Assembly: GCF_009914755.1 (NCBI RefSeq)
Contig: NC_060925.1
From: the human T2T-CHM13v2.0 reference genome, Homo sapiens
Length of the DNA stretch: 64,000 nt
Strand: one strand, 5' to 3'
The notes under the pieces were generated by a model. The model searched no databases. It was not told where the DNA came from and worked only from the letters and a program-made list of their open reading frames with translations. Within the stretch, counting starts at the first letter, position 1. Every line of letters begins with the position of its first letter. This document shows positions 1 through 14,323 of the stretch, piece by piece. Position numbers and translations under genes: made by a program.

Positions 1-474
1 GCCTGGGCTGTAAGGAGGACAGTTGAAGAGCAGGGAACGGCACACTGCAGAAATGTGGAAGCAAAGTGCTCTGGCCACCAATCCACAACTGCCAAGCAGG
101 CACAGGCAGAATAGCATTTTTGTTGTTTAATTAGAGATGTTCCGTTAAAGGTATCATACCAGCTATACCATGTGTATGCATGGAAGACATCAATGTGTGT
201 ATTGTCATGCATACACTGAGGTCTGTATTTGTACAGGTCCTTCCCAGGGCTTGACATATGCCCAGGGCATGTCAAGGATTTCCACTGTTACTCAGACAGC
301 ATTTAGACAGCACTAACTGTGTGCATGATATGTTTGGGAGAGGATGGAATGAAGTGGGATCGTGTCCCCTGTCCTTGAGGTTTTTATATTCTAAATGGGG
401 CCAGAAACAGAGAAATATGCAAGCAGAGAAAAATTATAAAGCAGCATAAATAAGATGGGTAGGAATTCTACTGC

Positions 475-670
475 CTAGACTTGTGTTTAAGCCTGAACTT
501 GGCCTTGTACTAGCTGTGTGGCCTTGTGAATGTTATTTAACTTCTCTGAGTTCCTTTTCCCTCATCTATCGGATATAGCATCAATATAACACAAAGATAT
601 AGCACTAGGTTGCTGTGAGAATTAAAGGAAGTAATATATCAAAGGCACCTAATAAAATATAAAGTACAAA
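475..670 (+). mobile_element. MIR SINE
   Basis: MIR core ctagctgtgtggccttg...ttatttaacttctctgag...ctcatct...gttgctgtgagaattaaa. Confidence 0.7.
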
Positions 671-1659
671 GCAAATACGATGGATGTGGGCTTGCTCAGG
701 CAGGCTTCTTGGAGGAGGAGACGAGAACTGAACAGGGTGATGGGCAAGGCTAACCCTAGCCCAGGAGAGGATGCGACCATTCTAAACTCCATATCAGGCA
801 GCCCTTGCCCTCACACCTCAGCAGTATCCAAACACCAGGCTTCCTCTAATCACTGAATATCGGGGCAGGAGAGGACCTTAGAAACATGAACCTAACCCAT
901 CATGTTGCTAAGGCAGAAACAGACTCAGAAGAGCTCATCAAAGCCTTTCCAGAAGTTTGCAGGAGTAGCTGACACAGTGTGAGGCACTGTGCTGGTGCTT
1001 CTGCACACATTCTCAGCCTGGGTTATTGGCTGAGTTGCTGTTAACCAATACAGTATCTTTATCAAATAAGAAAAGTACTCTCCTCTGGACAGGTGCAGTC
1101 CATCAGAGACTCGCATGACAAGCTGTAAGCAATGTTGTGTGAATGCAAACTAGAACACTGCCTCATTCAGGCAGGTACAGCCCCTGAGCACACCACTGGC
1201 CACCAAGCCACAAGGTGGACTGCAGTCCCCCTCTCCTCTCAGGCAAACGCCCTGCATGACCCTAGAGAGTGGCTGACCCTGGGTTTGAGCCTGGCTAGGG
1301 CAGGGGTCAGCCAACATGTAGGCACTGATGATGTGGCAGGAAACAGGACATCGTCCTCACCCCCGCAGGAATTCTCAGTTTATTGCAAGAAATGACAACA
1401 ACAACGACGACAAAATGTGCAACCAATCACTGTAAAAAGTTCTGTGGGAAAAGGAGGCTACAGGCTCAGAGGAGGACCCCAAACCAAGCCTCAGGGTCAG
1501 GAGCAGCTTCGTGGAAAGATGGTGAAGGATTTAGGACACAGTGAGGTGTAGGTATATTTGGCACACAGCAGCGGTGGGAGTGCACAGCTTTTACATTTTG
1601 ATGCAGCCCCATCAAACCAATGCATTGAAATGGCCCCTAAATCAAAAATGGATCCATTA

Positions 1660-1830
1660 AAATAATAATAGATACCATTTATTGGGCACTTACCATGTGT
1701 TTTAATTCATGTACTTCTGTCACAACCTTAGGAGACAGGAACCGTCATTATCCACACTTACCCACGAGGAAACTGGGGGGTTCAGTGCCTTGCCTGCAGT
1801 ACCCATGGTCAATGGCAGAAATGGGGGCTG
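1660..1830 (-). mobile_element. MIR SINE
   Basis: accatttattgggcacttaccatgtg...cacgaggaaactg, reverse MIR core. Confidence 0.6.
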
Positions 1831-1984
1831 CTGTGAAGCTGTGTCCCTCACCACTACCCGATGCCACCTTTTCTCAGGACTGCTTCCCTTGGCAGATCCC
1901 AGGGACAGGGGCTGAAGCAGAAGCCAGATGTGCAGGGTTACCAAATCTAGGGGAGTGTGGTGGCCATGGAGAATATTCCTCTCA

Positions 1985-2402
1985 GATACCCAGCTTCAGG
2001 GAGCATGACTGCCCAGCGGTCCCCACAACTGCTTTCCAAAATCTAGCACAAACGCTGTGTCCTGACTGCCCCTGGCCACCCCCAGCCAATGGAGGAGCGG
2101 GGCAGGGATAATGAGGAAGGGCCCTTCCTGGAGACGTGGGACTCCTCTCGTGGGCAACCTTGGCTCCAGGACTCCCAGACAGCCTTGCCAAAGTTTCCGT
2201 AGGATTGTCTAAAACACTTCCCCCATCCCTCCCTCCCCTCCCTTGCTCCTTCACCGGGAGTCAGGTCTGCATCATGGACTTGTGGCTTTTCCAGCCTCCC
2301 CTGGCCTCTACATTTTTTCCCACAGGCATTTCCCCTAACAGATTTCTTGCATGTTTAATCCTGTCTCGGTTTCTGCTTTCTCGGAGGGCCTGAACTAACA
2401 CA
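1985..2402 (+). mobile_element. ERVL-class solo LTR (LTR16-like)
   Basis: Ends in cttgcatgtttaatcctgtctcggtttctgctttctcggagggcctgaactaacaca, typical of the LTR16/LTR33 group 3' end; 5' boundary approximate. Confidence 0.5.
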
Positions 2403-2779
2403 GATGGGGTGGGTAGGTCTGTGTGGAAGCAATGTGGGGGCCCAAGGGAGGTCCCTGAAGCCAAGGACTTGGAGCCTGGAAGGCAGATGAATGGGATACT
2501 CGGGAAGAATGCACAAGCAGCTGTCACGGGAAGCCCTGACACTCTGCTCATTCATCTTCAGGCCTCAGAGAGGCTGCCGTTTCTTGAAAGGGACAATCCT
2601 CCTTCCCTGCCAAACACCCTCCTGTCTTCCCTCCACCTACCCTCACCTGGTCTCATCTGGAGGTCATTCTTGCAGGAAGCCTTGACATTCTACACGGGTG
2701 ATGTTTTGCCTCCTTTTACCACCACAGCCCGGTTGAACAGCGCCTGTCCCATAACTGGTCTGTGCAGGGGGAGCTGTGT

Positions 2780-2910
2780 TTGTGCATCTAAGCCCCCACT
2801 AGTTGGGGGACTCCTTGTGGTGGGTGTCAGTCTGAGCCATTCATCACTGTATCCTAGTGCCTGGTGAAGTAGTGCCTGGAATGCAGGTGTTGTTGAATGA
2901 ATGAATATGT
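2780..2910 (+). mobile_element. L2 LINE 3' end
   Basis: ttcatcactgtatcctagtgcctgg...tgttgaatgaatgaat L2 terminus. Confidence 0.6.
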
Positions 2911-3699
2911 GAATACATGAGTGAGTGGCCTCACAGCAGATCTGCGGCTTGCCTTGTGTGATGCAGATACAGTGCCTGGATGTAGTGCCTCCCAGGGGAC
3001 AAGTGGGACCAGAGAGTCTGATATGAACCTGACCTTGCTAATGAGCAGGTGGGTGGCTCTGGCCATTCTCAAATTCACTGAGCCTTAGTTTCCTTATCTG
3101 TGAAAAGCAGTGATAATGCCGAACTCCCCAAGTTGTGAGGATAACGCCAAACTCTTTGCCTGAAACATGTAACAAAGTGGCTGTCACTGTAACAGGAACT
3201 CAAACACATCAGGCCCTGTGGCCTGGACCCCAGCTGCCCCACTGCAGACCTATTGCCCATATGTAGCAGCGCTCAAACAAAAGCAGAACGTCTGCTTTTT
3301 TGATTATATTGAAAAAATAATTACTTAGGCTTTGCCGTCTGCACTACCTGCCATCTCTCTCCCCAGTCCCCGTTTTCTCTTCTCCTGATTATTAAAAACA
3401 TAATAAACATATATTGCTCCCATGCTACTGTCATAGCCACTGGGGATTAAGAAATGAGTAGATGAGAGTCTTCTTTCTTAGAGCTTGTGGTCCAGTGAGG
3501 GTTGGGGAGAGAAAGAGAATAGAAACAAACATAAAAATAAATAATTGCTACTCGGTGCAGTAAAAGCCACAATAGATTAAGACTCAACTGCTGGCATGTG
3601 ACAACATATATCCAAAATTTCCCAAAACATAGCCAATTTCAAATTATTTTATTATTTTTCACTAGAAACAATTTGTTGGGCATGATTTAATATGTTTTA

Positions 3700-4445
<746 letters not shown>

Positions 4446-4457
4446 AACAGAGTCACT

Positions 4458-4890
4458 GTGTCTTTGCATTAGCATTCTTCAGGAAGTAGACACCAAGATG
4501 GGATTAGCTGTGCATGAGATGTATTGGAGAAGCTCTGGTGCATGACAAAGGAGAGGATCAGGAGGAGGCAGAGAGAGCCTTCAGACCATGATGTGAGTCT
4601 GAAGTGCGAGAAAGGAGAGTGGGAAAGAAGGAGGAGGAAGTAGGAAGAGCTGTGACTACAGTGCAGTTCTAAGAAAGTTTTGGCCAGGTCAACAGGGAGT
4701 CCTCATGCAATAGTCATCCATGACACCATCTCATGGGCAGCAGGAACGGCCCAGCTCTAGTGCCCCTGCTATATTCAGTTACCATGGGCCTGAAGGTGTG
4801 ACAGCTGGAGCATTTGTCAGTCATGCATGCCACAGAGGACTCACTTGAAGAGTGATCTGAGTGGTACCCCTCCATGGCCGCTACACTGTA
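4458..4890 (-). mobile_element. ERVL-class solo LTR (LTR33/LTR16-like)
   Basis: Starts with the reverse of the LTR16/33 terminus (ttcttcaggaagtagacaccaagatgggattag); gcagttctaagaaagttttggccagg motif. Confidence 0.5.
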
Positions 4891-5139
4891 TATGAGCAGA
4901 GATGAAGCAGAAACATTCCTCCTGGCTGACCTTCTTTCATTTATTCATCCTCCGTCTTATGAAAAGAAAAGTGAGATGTTAGAGAAGGTTATCACAGGAC
5001 AGGGTCATTAAAGCTGGGTCCTAAGGGACTGTCTCAAGCATCATTGCTGGCCAGCAGTCACAGCAAGCCACTTTCATTTATTTTTGGTATCTATGTTGAG
5101 CTCTGCTGCCAGGAATCTGCCATCAGTGATCCAAGAGGC

Positions 5140-5350
5140 TCCATGGTAAGGCTTTGGAATCACACAGACCTGCATTTTATTCTCATCTCAGCCATTTGGG
5201 CATTGCATAACATTGTATAAGTCTTTCACTGATGTAGGTCTCACTTTTGTTATCTGAAAAATGAGGATAACCAGACCTATCTCATGCAGTTGTTATAGGG
5301 ATTAAAAAACATGATGTAAGCATAGAGTCTGGCACCAACAGTAGGTGCTT
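5140..5350 (+). mobile_element. MIR SINE
   Basis: ggctttggaatcacacagacctg...atctgaaaaatgaggataa...cctatctcatgcagttgttatagggattaaa. Confidence 0.7.
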
Positions 5351-6028
5351 TAAAAAAAAAAACATTAGTTCCTTCCCTATCCCACTACGACATTATTAGG
5401 GGAAAAGAAATCTTTTCTTAGATGTAGTAATTTTTCTCAAACTGAGTAATGTTAAAAAACTTAGGGCCTTAGTTCTGTAAACTCCAGCTATCTATAGCAA
5501 TCAGGGTGAATCAGAATGATCTCCACTGAACCTTCTAATTCACACCCATCACTCTTTCTAAAGCAGCAATTTGTGATTAATCTCACTCTAGGGCTAAATC
5601 AGTCCCAAGCGCTTACAAGGCACTTGATAAAGAAGCTCTCTGATTTATAGCAAACACCATTATTGAGCGGTGGCAGGGAGAAGCCATTGGGGATTTGTCT
5701 TGCTGGAAACTCTCTCTGCCGGAGCCATTTCTTCTATTTTCCTGGGTAAGAGCTCAATTTATTTCAAAATAGATGGATGGAGTTCCTTGGTGAGGTAGGA
5801 GGAAGGGAGGACTTAGAGAATTTTTAAAAATAAATAATAATACTTAATATTTTAAATTTGTGAAATTCTTTCAGCTTCCACAGACATCAGGACTTGAGAG
5901 AAGGCTAGGCATATAGTAGGCCTTCAATAAACGTTTGTAGAAGTGTACAATCATCTCATTTACTCTTCACAGCAGCCCCAGGAAGTACACTGAGGCCATT
6001 CTTCCCATTTGACAAAGAGGGAATTTGA

Positions 6029-6411
<383 letters not shown>

Positions 6412-6979
6412 AGAGCTGGGACTTTTCATGCAGATCCAGGCCTGATCCTTATCCTTCACCATGCCATCACCCTCAATGGTCCAGGAGCAGCACTGTCAAA
6501 CCCATTCCTGGAGCACAGATGTCTGAAGCACTGTCTCATCACCAAACTGGAAACCTGGTTAGCGAAGACTGCAGTTTCTTTTTTGCCTATTGTTTGGGCC
6601 CATGCGGTTCTATTCCAGAACACGTTTATGATATATTTGCATCTCGCACGCAGTCCGTCTTCCTGACTCCTGTCTACTTAAAGCCTGGCTCTCCTTCCAG
6701 CGACCTTCATGAATAGCTGTCTTATCTTTGCTTGAGCATCTCCTATGACTGAGAGCTCCCTACTCGGCTGCCCAGTGTCAAGAGCTCTTCTTATTTGATT
6801 GAGCGAACCTACTGCCCCTGGAATGTAATTCCCCTGGACTGTAGACTTGGATCCAGGCAGAATCGTAGCAGCAAAAGCTTATTAGGCCTTCCCACTTACA
6901 AGCTGTGTGACAGAGGGGAAGGGATTTAATTTTTTTAAGTCCTGGTTTTCTCAATTATAAAATGGAACCAATACTATTT

Positions 6980-7479
6980 TATCAGTAGGAATACTTTTAG
7001 GTGCAAGTAAGAGAATACCCAATTAATGGTGGCATAAATAATAAAGACATTTAATATCTCACTTCACAAAAAGTTTTGAGGCAGACAGTGCCAGCATTGT
7101 CCTAGCAACCCAGTGCCACTGGAGTTCTGGGGTCCTATGTTGGTATCCCCAGGATTTCCTGGGCCATGATATCTTGACACAACACTTGGAAGGCAGGGAT
7201 AAAAGACATAGGTAAAAACAAACAAGCAAAACAGACTTTTCTGTGGCCTCTCTCTTCTCAGGGAGGAAAATATTCACTATCCTTGGAAAGTACTTGACTT
7301 TGTTCTCTTTCTTTTTCATCAGATCTAGTTACACACCTGTTCCTAGACCTGGCCCTGGCTTAGGTGAACAGCATTACATAATTGACTTAGACATTCATGA
7401 TGTCTCGGGCAGGGAATACTGCCACCTAAACAAAATGAAGGTTTGCAGAAAAAGAAGAGGAAAAGTGGCTATTGGCTGG
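6980..7479 (-). mobile_element. MLT1-type MaLR LTR, inside a MIR (approx. 6840-8000)
   Basis: atcagtaggaatacttttaggtgcaagtaagagaatacc is a reverse MLT1 terminus; MIR sequence flanks both sides. Confidence 0.55.
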
Positions 7480-7893
7480 TGATATGGTTTGGATCTGTGT
7501 CCCCATCCAAATCTCATGTCGAATTGTATGTAATCCCCAATCCCCTTTTTGGAGGTGGGGCCCAGTGAGAGGTGATTGGATCATGGGGCAGGTTCTGATG
7601 AGTGGTTTAGCACTATCCCCTCTGTGCTGTTCTCGTGATAGTGAGTGAGTTATCACAAGATCTGGTTGTTTTAAAAGTGTGTAGCACCTCCCCACCCCTC
7701 CTGCTCCTGCCATCTGAGGTGCTTTGCTCCCCTTTGCACTTCTGCCATGATTTTAAGTTCCCTGAGGCCTTCCCAGAAGCTGATGCCACCATGCTTCCTG
7801 TACAGCCTGCAGAACCATAAGCCAATTAAATCTGTTTTCTTTAGAAATTAGTCTCAGGTATTTATTTTAGCAATTCAAGAACAGACTAATACA
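7480..7893 (+). mobile_element. MST-family MaLR solo LTR (MSTA/B)
   Basis: tgatatggtttggatctgtgtcccc...gactaataca; perfect 5-bp TSD gctgg at 7475-7479 and 7894-7898. Confidence 0.9.
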
Positions 7894-9198
7894 GCTGGGC
7901 AACAACAGCATTATAGTGAGTGCAAAATTGGATAATATATGCAAAGTGTTTAGTAGAGTTCCCAACACCTTCTGCTTCATAAATGTTAACTATTACTATT
8001 GCCTACTATAATGATAAACTTTCATAAAAAGTAACCAGGGTCCCTCTGATCATCTCTTTTCCCACTTAGGACTTCTGTTCACCTTCAATTATGCCCTACC
8101 TTGATAGTCATGCTCCTTGGAAGAAAAAGACACCCTAGGTAGGGCTATCTTATTGTCTAATCCCATGGAGTGCTACTCACATGTTACTCTAGGGAATGTA
8201 CCCTATGGAGGTGTGACTGTTAGCCTCAGTCCTGAATAGGAGTAAAATAGTTCTTCCTCATCTGTCTTCACTATTTCATTTTATCTGAGATGTGGCCTCC
8301 CCTTGTCCTTGGTATATTTGGTCCTGATATAACTTTATAGTTTTTATTTTGTTTTATTTTTGTCATTAGCACTTTTCATAAGTCTTGCTTAGAAACAGCC
8401 TGAATCAACCTCTTTTCAACATCGTGGGTAAAAGAGGGAGAAGCGGTTCCCTTCAAGTGAGTCAGTGACAAATTGTGGCCCCTGAGCTTGACCATGGGTG
8501 CTCTATCTGTTCTTCTTAAGTCAGTGGGGCTGTGGGGAGGGGGCCTCCCCAGCTCTGCTGGGACATTTGAAATAGTTCAAAGAAAGAGACCTCACCAGTA
8601 GAGGACAGAAAATCCAAGGTGGGTAATGGCTGGTTATTACTTAAAGCTATCTTGAGTAGAAAACAAAAGACCGATGAAAACCCCTTCTTACACTTGTCTC
8701 TTGAAGTTCTCTGCCTTACAAAAGAATCTCTTAAATAAATGGAGTCCTGGAAAGAAGAGATCCTGCTCTCAGGCTTTGGCTCCAAAATTTTCCTTTATAA
8801 ATCACGTGTGGAAGTAGGTGGAGCATACACCACAAAGCGAGAGGGAAAGAGGAGCAGCCAGCAGTGGCCACTCACCATGTGCCAGGCCCCTAAAGGAATA
8901 AACCCACTGCCTTCTCAGGGTGTTCTATGGGCAGGTGTTATAGAAGATTTGTTAAGAGAGGAAGTGGTCCCAGGAAAACAAAGTAATTTAAACGACATTT
9001 CCCCGCACCACACTGTATTGTCATGCTTTACAAACCATCCAACCAGCCAGAGCCAACCTCCCAATGCTTAATGCTTCCAAATAGCATTTCATCTGAGACC
9101 CAAGAGCTTGCAAGGCCAAGGTAAGTCTTACCTGGGAGGTCTGAGTCAAGTCACTCAGACTCTCTGGGCTCAATTTCCTCATTCATAAATAACATGGG

Positions 9199-9593
<395 letters not shown>

Positions 9594-9810
9594 TCAGAGC
9601 TTGGTTTGTAAGAGGTCTCAATAATGAATGCTAGCCATTATTATTGCTCTTGTTACTGCTCTTATTGTTAGGGACTTGATCTTACCAAGCCCTAATGACC
9701 CCATCTCCAGAACAGTCTGACCCAAGAACGCTCTGCAGAGAAAGTCTGAGCACCGCCAAGCACACTTCCCAAGACTGGTGTGTCTTCCTAGCCTGCGTTT
9801 CCTTCACATT

Positions 9811-9906
9811 TCAACTCCGACAGATTTCTGTGTTCTGGATGAAGCTGTTGAGCGTTAACTCTGCAATCTGTTCTGGCTGTTCAATAAACTTCTCTTCCCG
9901 GACAAG
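9811..9906 (-). CDS. OMA1: Candidate alternative OMA1 last coding exon, LVREEKFIEQPEQIAELTLNSFIQNTEICRS*
   Basis: Phase-0 acceptor gtgacag|CTT, 31 open codons then TGA, in non-repetitive sequence; matches my recollection of a shorter OMA1 isoform C-terminus (unverified); polypyrimidine tract is weak. Confidence 0.62.
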   Translation of the reverse strand, partial: LVREEKFIEQPEQIAELTLNSFIQNTEICRS

Positions 9907-10286
9907 CTGTCACATGCACGTAAATATCACTTTATGCCTGGACTTTGATTTCCGAGTCAAACTTCTACTTCATGGTGGCTATTAGGGTCATTCCCAATCC
10001 AGAGCCTAGGAATCACCAATAAAGCATCAAGCATTCCTGTGGAGTGTGGATGAAAAAGATGAGGATGCCAGAGCTCCTGCCCTCAAGGAGCTTTCAGGCC
10101 AATAGCCAGCTTGCAGCACAATGGGATAGGTGCAGTAATAGAGCTCTTTACATGGCCACAACATACAGGTGAGGATAAACTGAGCTTTCGAGAGGCTTAG
10201 TTACTTGCTGGATCTCACAGCTGGTAAGGAAGGCAGGATGTGAACTCAGATCTTCTGACCTTGAATCCTCAGTGGTTTCCTAAACT

Positions 10287-10374
10287 ATAGGTTTGTGCAA
10301 AAGTAATTGCCTTTTAAAATTTGCCATTTAAAAGTAATGAAAAAAAAAAAGCAACTACTTTTGCACCAACCTAA
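10287..10374. mobile_element. MADE1 mariner (Hsmar1-derived) MITE
   Basis: taggtttgtgcaaaagtaattgc ... gcaactacttttgcaccaaccta inverted termini, about 85 bp. Confidence 0.88.
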
Positions 10375-10729
10375 TTGTTCCCCTGAGAGAAGGAGTTGGT
10401 TCATTGTGATAAGCTCAGGTCAAAGCTGGTGGCCCATGTGACTTTGGGTACCTGTTAGGGTCCAAAAAGTACCCTAACTCCTGTGTTGCCAAGGGTCAAC
10501 TGTATGTTCCTGAGGCTGCTGGGCCTTTTTCATGAATACCTTTTAGTTAGCTGATTGGCTCATTGCAAAGGGAGCTGGTGTTGAGCGATGAGATCATGGA
10601 AAGTTTCAGGGACTATGGAGCAGGAGAAATGCTCTAGGCATTCAAACAAAGCAAAGATCCCAAATAATTGTTTCCCTCGTTGCCCTGCCAATTGTTCTCA
10701 CTTCTTGTGTGTGAAGGGAAGCATATTAA

Positions 10730-10930
10730 AGACAGTGAAAGCCTTTGAGTCTCACAGACCTAGCTAAACTCCTGGATTACTGTGTGACCTCGGTAAAGTT
10801 ACACAGTCCTGTGAACCCTCATTTTCTTATCTGTAAATTAGGAGAATAAAACATGCCTCACGGGGTTGCTGTGAAGATTAAAAGGAGAGGAAGGTTGTAG
10901 AATCTTGCCTTAATAGGGCTCAACAAATAC
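10730..10930 (+). mobile_element. MIR SINE
   Basis: gcctttgagtctcacagacct...tgtgtgacctcggtaaagttac...atctgtaaa...cctcacggggttgctgtgaagattaaa. Confidence 0.7.
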
Positions 10931-11091
10931 TAATTCCCATTTTCCCAGCCCATCATCTGGCGAATGGATTGGTGATTCCAGGAAAAGACTGGCCTTATTT
11001 CTCCAGATTTAAACATTAGAATGTAGAAATTGATGGAAATCAGGAGCACTCTCCAGACAAGAGCCGTAATGGATTAATAGAATTAGATTAA

Positions 11092-11403
<312 letters not shown>

Positions 11404-11415
11404 TAGGTTAATTAA

Positions 11416-11443
11416 ACACACACACACACACACACACACACAC
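11416..11443. repeat. (AC)14 microsatellite
   Basis: Direct reading. Confidence 0.95.
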
Positions 11444-13389
11444 GAATCAGACTAAAACAAAACGTGCCACAAATAAAAGTTTCCTTTCTTCTCACACTCA
11501 GGTAGGAAGACATCATCATCACTTCTGAGCTGTAGCAGATCAGAGCCAAACTTTTGGAAGTGACCTCTCTTAACTAATAATCTCACAGCCCAGATGAAGA
11601 CATGTTAGAATATATTAACAAGAATCAGCACAATGCAGCACTTGGGATGTTCAGTAAAGCATATACACGTTACTATATTTAAACCCATAATAATTCTGGG
11701 AATTGGGCAGGGCAAATATTACTATCCTATTTTCCCAAATAAATAAATGAGACTAGTGATGTTGCCCTTAATACTTTCAAGGCTACCATAACATCAGAAA
11801 GGAATAATTTGGAAAAAACTAAACTCAATATTTCTGTGCAAAAGCAATAGTTACTTAAAAAAATACAACCTTAAGTATAGAATAACAGAATCCTTAAGTA
11901 GAACATCCACCATTTCTAACCTATGAAAATATGATTATACTTTAATATATTGGTCAAAATTAACAAGTTAACTTTAATATTCTGAAGGAAGAAAAAAACA
12001 AATCTGATTTTAGACCAATGCTGCCCAGGACAAGGTCCCGGGCCTCTTGTGGTCTATGAAGATGGTATTAGGAACCTGTCAGCTATGTTTAATATTTCAA
12101 AGAGCTTAACTAAAAATTTTATATTTTCTCTCACATAATTAGGTACTCAAACTAATTAAAATAATTTTTTTTTTCTTTTGGCTGGAACTTTGATAACACC
12201 AGAGATCACGTGATGATCAAAGGCCCTGCTTGGTCTTTGATGATATCAGAGACATCCTAAGACCTGGAAACAGAGCTGCACTGTGACTTATGCCCCATGC
12301 TCTGCAGTCTCCTAAACAGCTAGTGTGGTGAGAACACCTGGGCATGAGTCTAGACACACCAACCCTTCAAGACAGAACTTAGTGGTGTAAAACCCCTTGC
12401 ACGCAGAGCCAGTTAATGTAAAAGGAGGTCTGGGTGATTCAGAGGCTGGGAGCGAGCCACTGGCCTAACTTTTCTGATGGAAGTTAGGGGGCAAAGTGTA
12501 GATGGGTAGAACACTGACAGAGTTTTCTTCCCAGTAATGAAGTGGGAGATTTATCTCATCTCACTACAGATTAAAGAATTCTCTAGGCTCTCACAAAAAC
12601 ATGTTATGAGGTGATTAACAGAAATTTCATCCCTCACATGTATACATACGCTTAAAATGGATATTTTTACCATCTGTCATAGACTATTAAAATGGGTGCT
12701 TTTAAATCAGGGAAAAGGTGTTGGCCCTGCTGTTCACAAGTGAAGGGTGAAGGGAAATGGACATTTTTCATCCTCACTTCCTATATGAGATTTGTTCATG
12801 TAAGTGGCAGTACATGGAGGAAGAGGACGGACTTTGGAGTCAGAAGATGGGAGGGTTTGAACCAGTTCTGTCATTGAGAGTTGAGTACTGCTGGACACAC
12901 ATTGACTAATATTTTTGAGCTTCGGTCTCCAGGTAAGTGGAGGTAACAGCTCCCTTTCCAAAGACTGCAGTATTGCCAAAAGAACACTGGATTACAAATC
13001 AGTGAATTCTTTAGTTCCAATCCCAGTTCAGCCATTTACTTGAATGCATACTTGGACCACTTGCCTAATTCTCCAAGCTTTAGTTTTCTCCCCTACGAGT
13101 AAATGATGCCATTTGTCCTTCCAATCTCATAGGCTGGTTTTGAGGATATAATTCAGTACAAAACAAGACAAAACAAAACAAAAAAACCTTGTAAACGCTA
13201 AAGCAAATATGCTAATGAAAATTTGCTATCATATCAATATAAAATTTAAGCTACTTTTTTATCAGATTAAATGTCATTTCAGATAAAATTGTCAACGAAT
13301 CATCTTGTTTATTTGCCTGCTGAAAGGATAAACATTAGGTTTTAATTCTAGTTCTGCCACTTACTTCGTAAGCCCCGTGGTTGCATCTC

Positions 13390-13830
13390 TCCTAACACGC
13401 AGTAGCCATTCTGTTTGGGTGGTGTTGACTCATACCCATCATCAGCTTGAATGTTGGATCCTGATAGGTCCAAGCCAATCAAGATAATGCCATCCCCTGC
13501 CATGGTGATTGCTTCAAGGGTGCAGTTAGAGTGTTAAAGGCTTTGTTTCAATAGTTGTGGTGTGAGTCAGTCACACATCCAGCTGGATGTGAAAGCATGC
13601 AACCCTGGGAGCTACTGGCAACCATCTGGATATCACCAGGGAACAGGTGAGAAAGACTGCAAAGAAAAAAGAGCCCTTGCTCTGATAATATCATGATCCC
13701 CTGGATTAAACTGTGCCTGAAGCAGCACACTGCTGGGCTTTTCTGTCAGTTTGAGGCAACAAATTTTCTTGGTTGGGTTTGTGTTGGTTCCTCTGTTCTT
13801 ACAAGTAAAAAAACCTTAAGAAATACACCA
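13390..13830 (+). mobile_element. Old MLT1 MaLR LTR
   Basis: ccaagccaatcaag...catcccctgccatggtgattg...ctctgttcttacaag...ccttaagaaataca. Confidence 0.55.
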
Positions 13831-13973
13831 TGTACCCTTGAGTAACTTCCATTACCCCTCTAAACTTCAGTTCCGTGATCTATAATAGGGCATAGTAGAA
13901 TAGAATGCCTACCATAAATAGGGTCACTGTGGGGTTCAACAGTGCTTGAAAAATGCTTAGCACCACACATAAA

Positions 13974-14323
13974 TGATATGGTTTGACTCTGTGTCCCCAC
14001 CCAAATCTCATTTCAAATTGTAATCCCCATGTGACAAGAAAGGTAAGTGATTGAATCATGGGGGCAGTTTCCTCCATGCTGTTCTCCTGATAGTGAGTGA
14101 CTTCTCACCATATCTGATGGTTTTATGGGGCAGTTTTCCCTGCTCTTACTCACTCTCTCTTGCCTGCCACCACGTGAGACATGCCTCTTACCCTTCCGCC
14201 ATGATTGTGAGATTCCTGAAGCCTCCCCAGCCATGTAGAACTGTGAGTCAATTAAATCCCTTTTCTTTATAAATTACCTAGTCTCGGGTATGTCTTTATA
14301 GCAGTGTGAAAATGGACTAATAG
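13974..14323 (+). mobile_element. THE1-family MaLR solo LTR
   Basis: tgatatggtttgactctgtgtccccacccaaatctca...gcagtgtgaaaatggactaata. Confidence 0.9.

Noticed and set aside
1695-2867. Cluster of 85-152 aa ORFs
   Set aside because: Overlap MIR, LTR and L2 relics in locally GC-richer sequence; no recognisable domain or exon structure
9695-9985. Plus-strand 96-aa ORF
   Set aside because: No recognisable homology; the supported reading here is the short minus-strand exon
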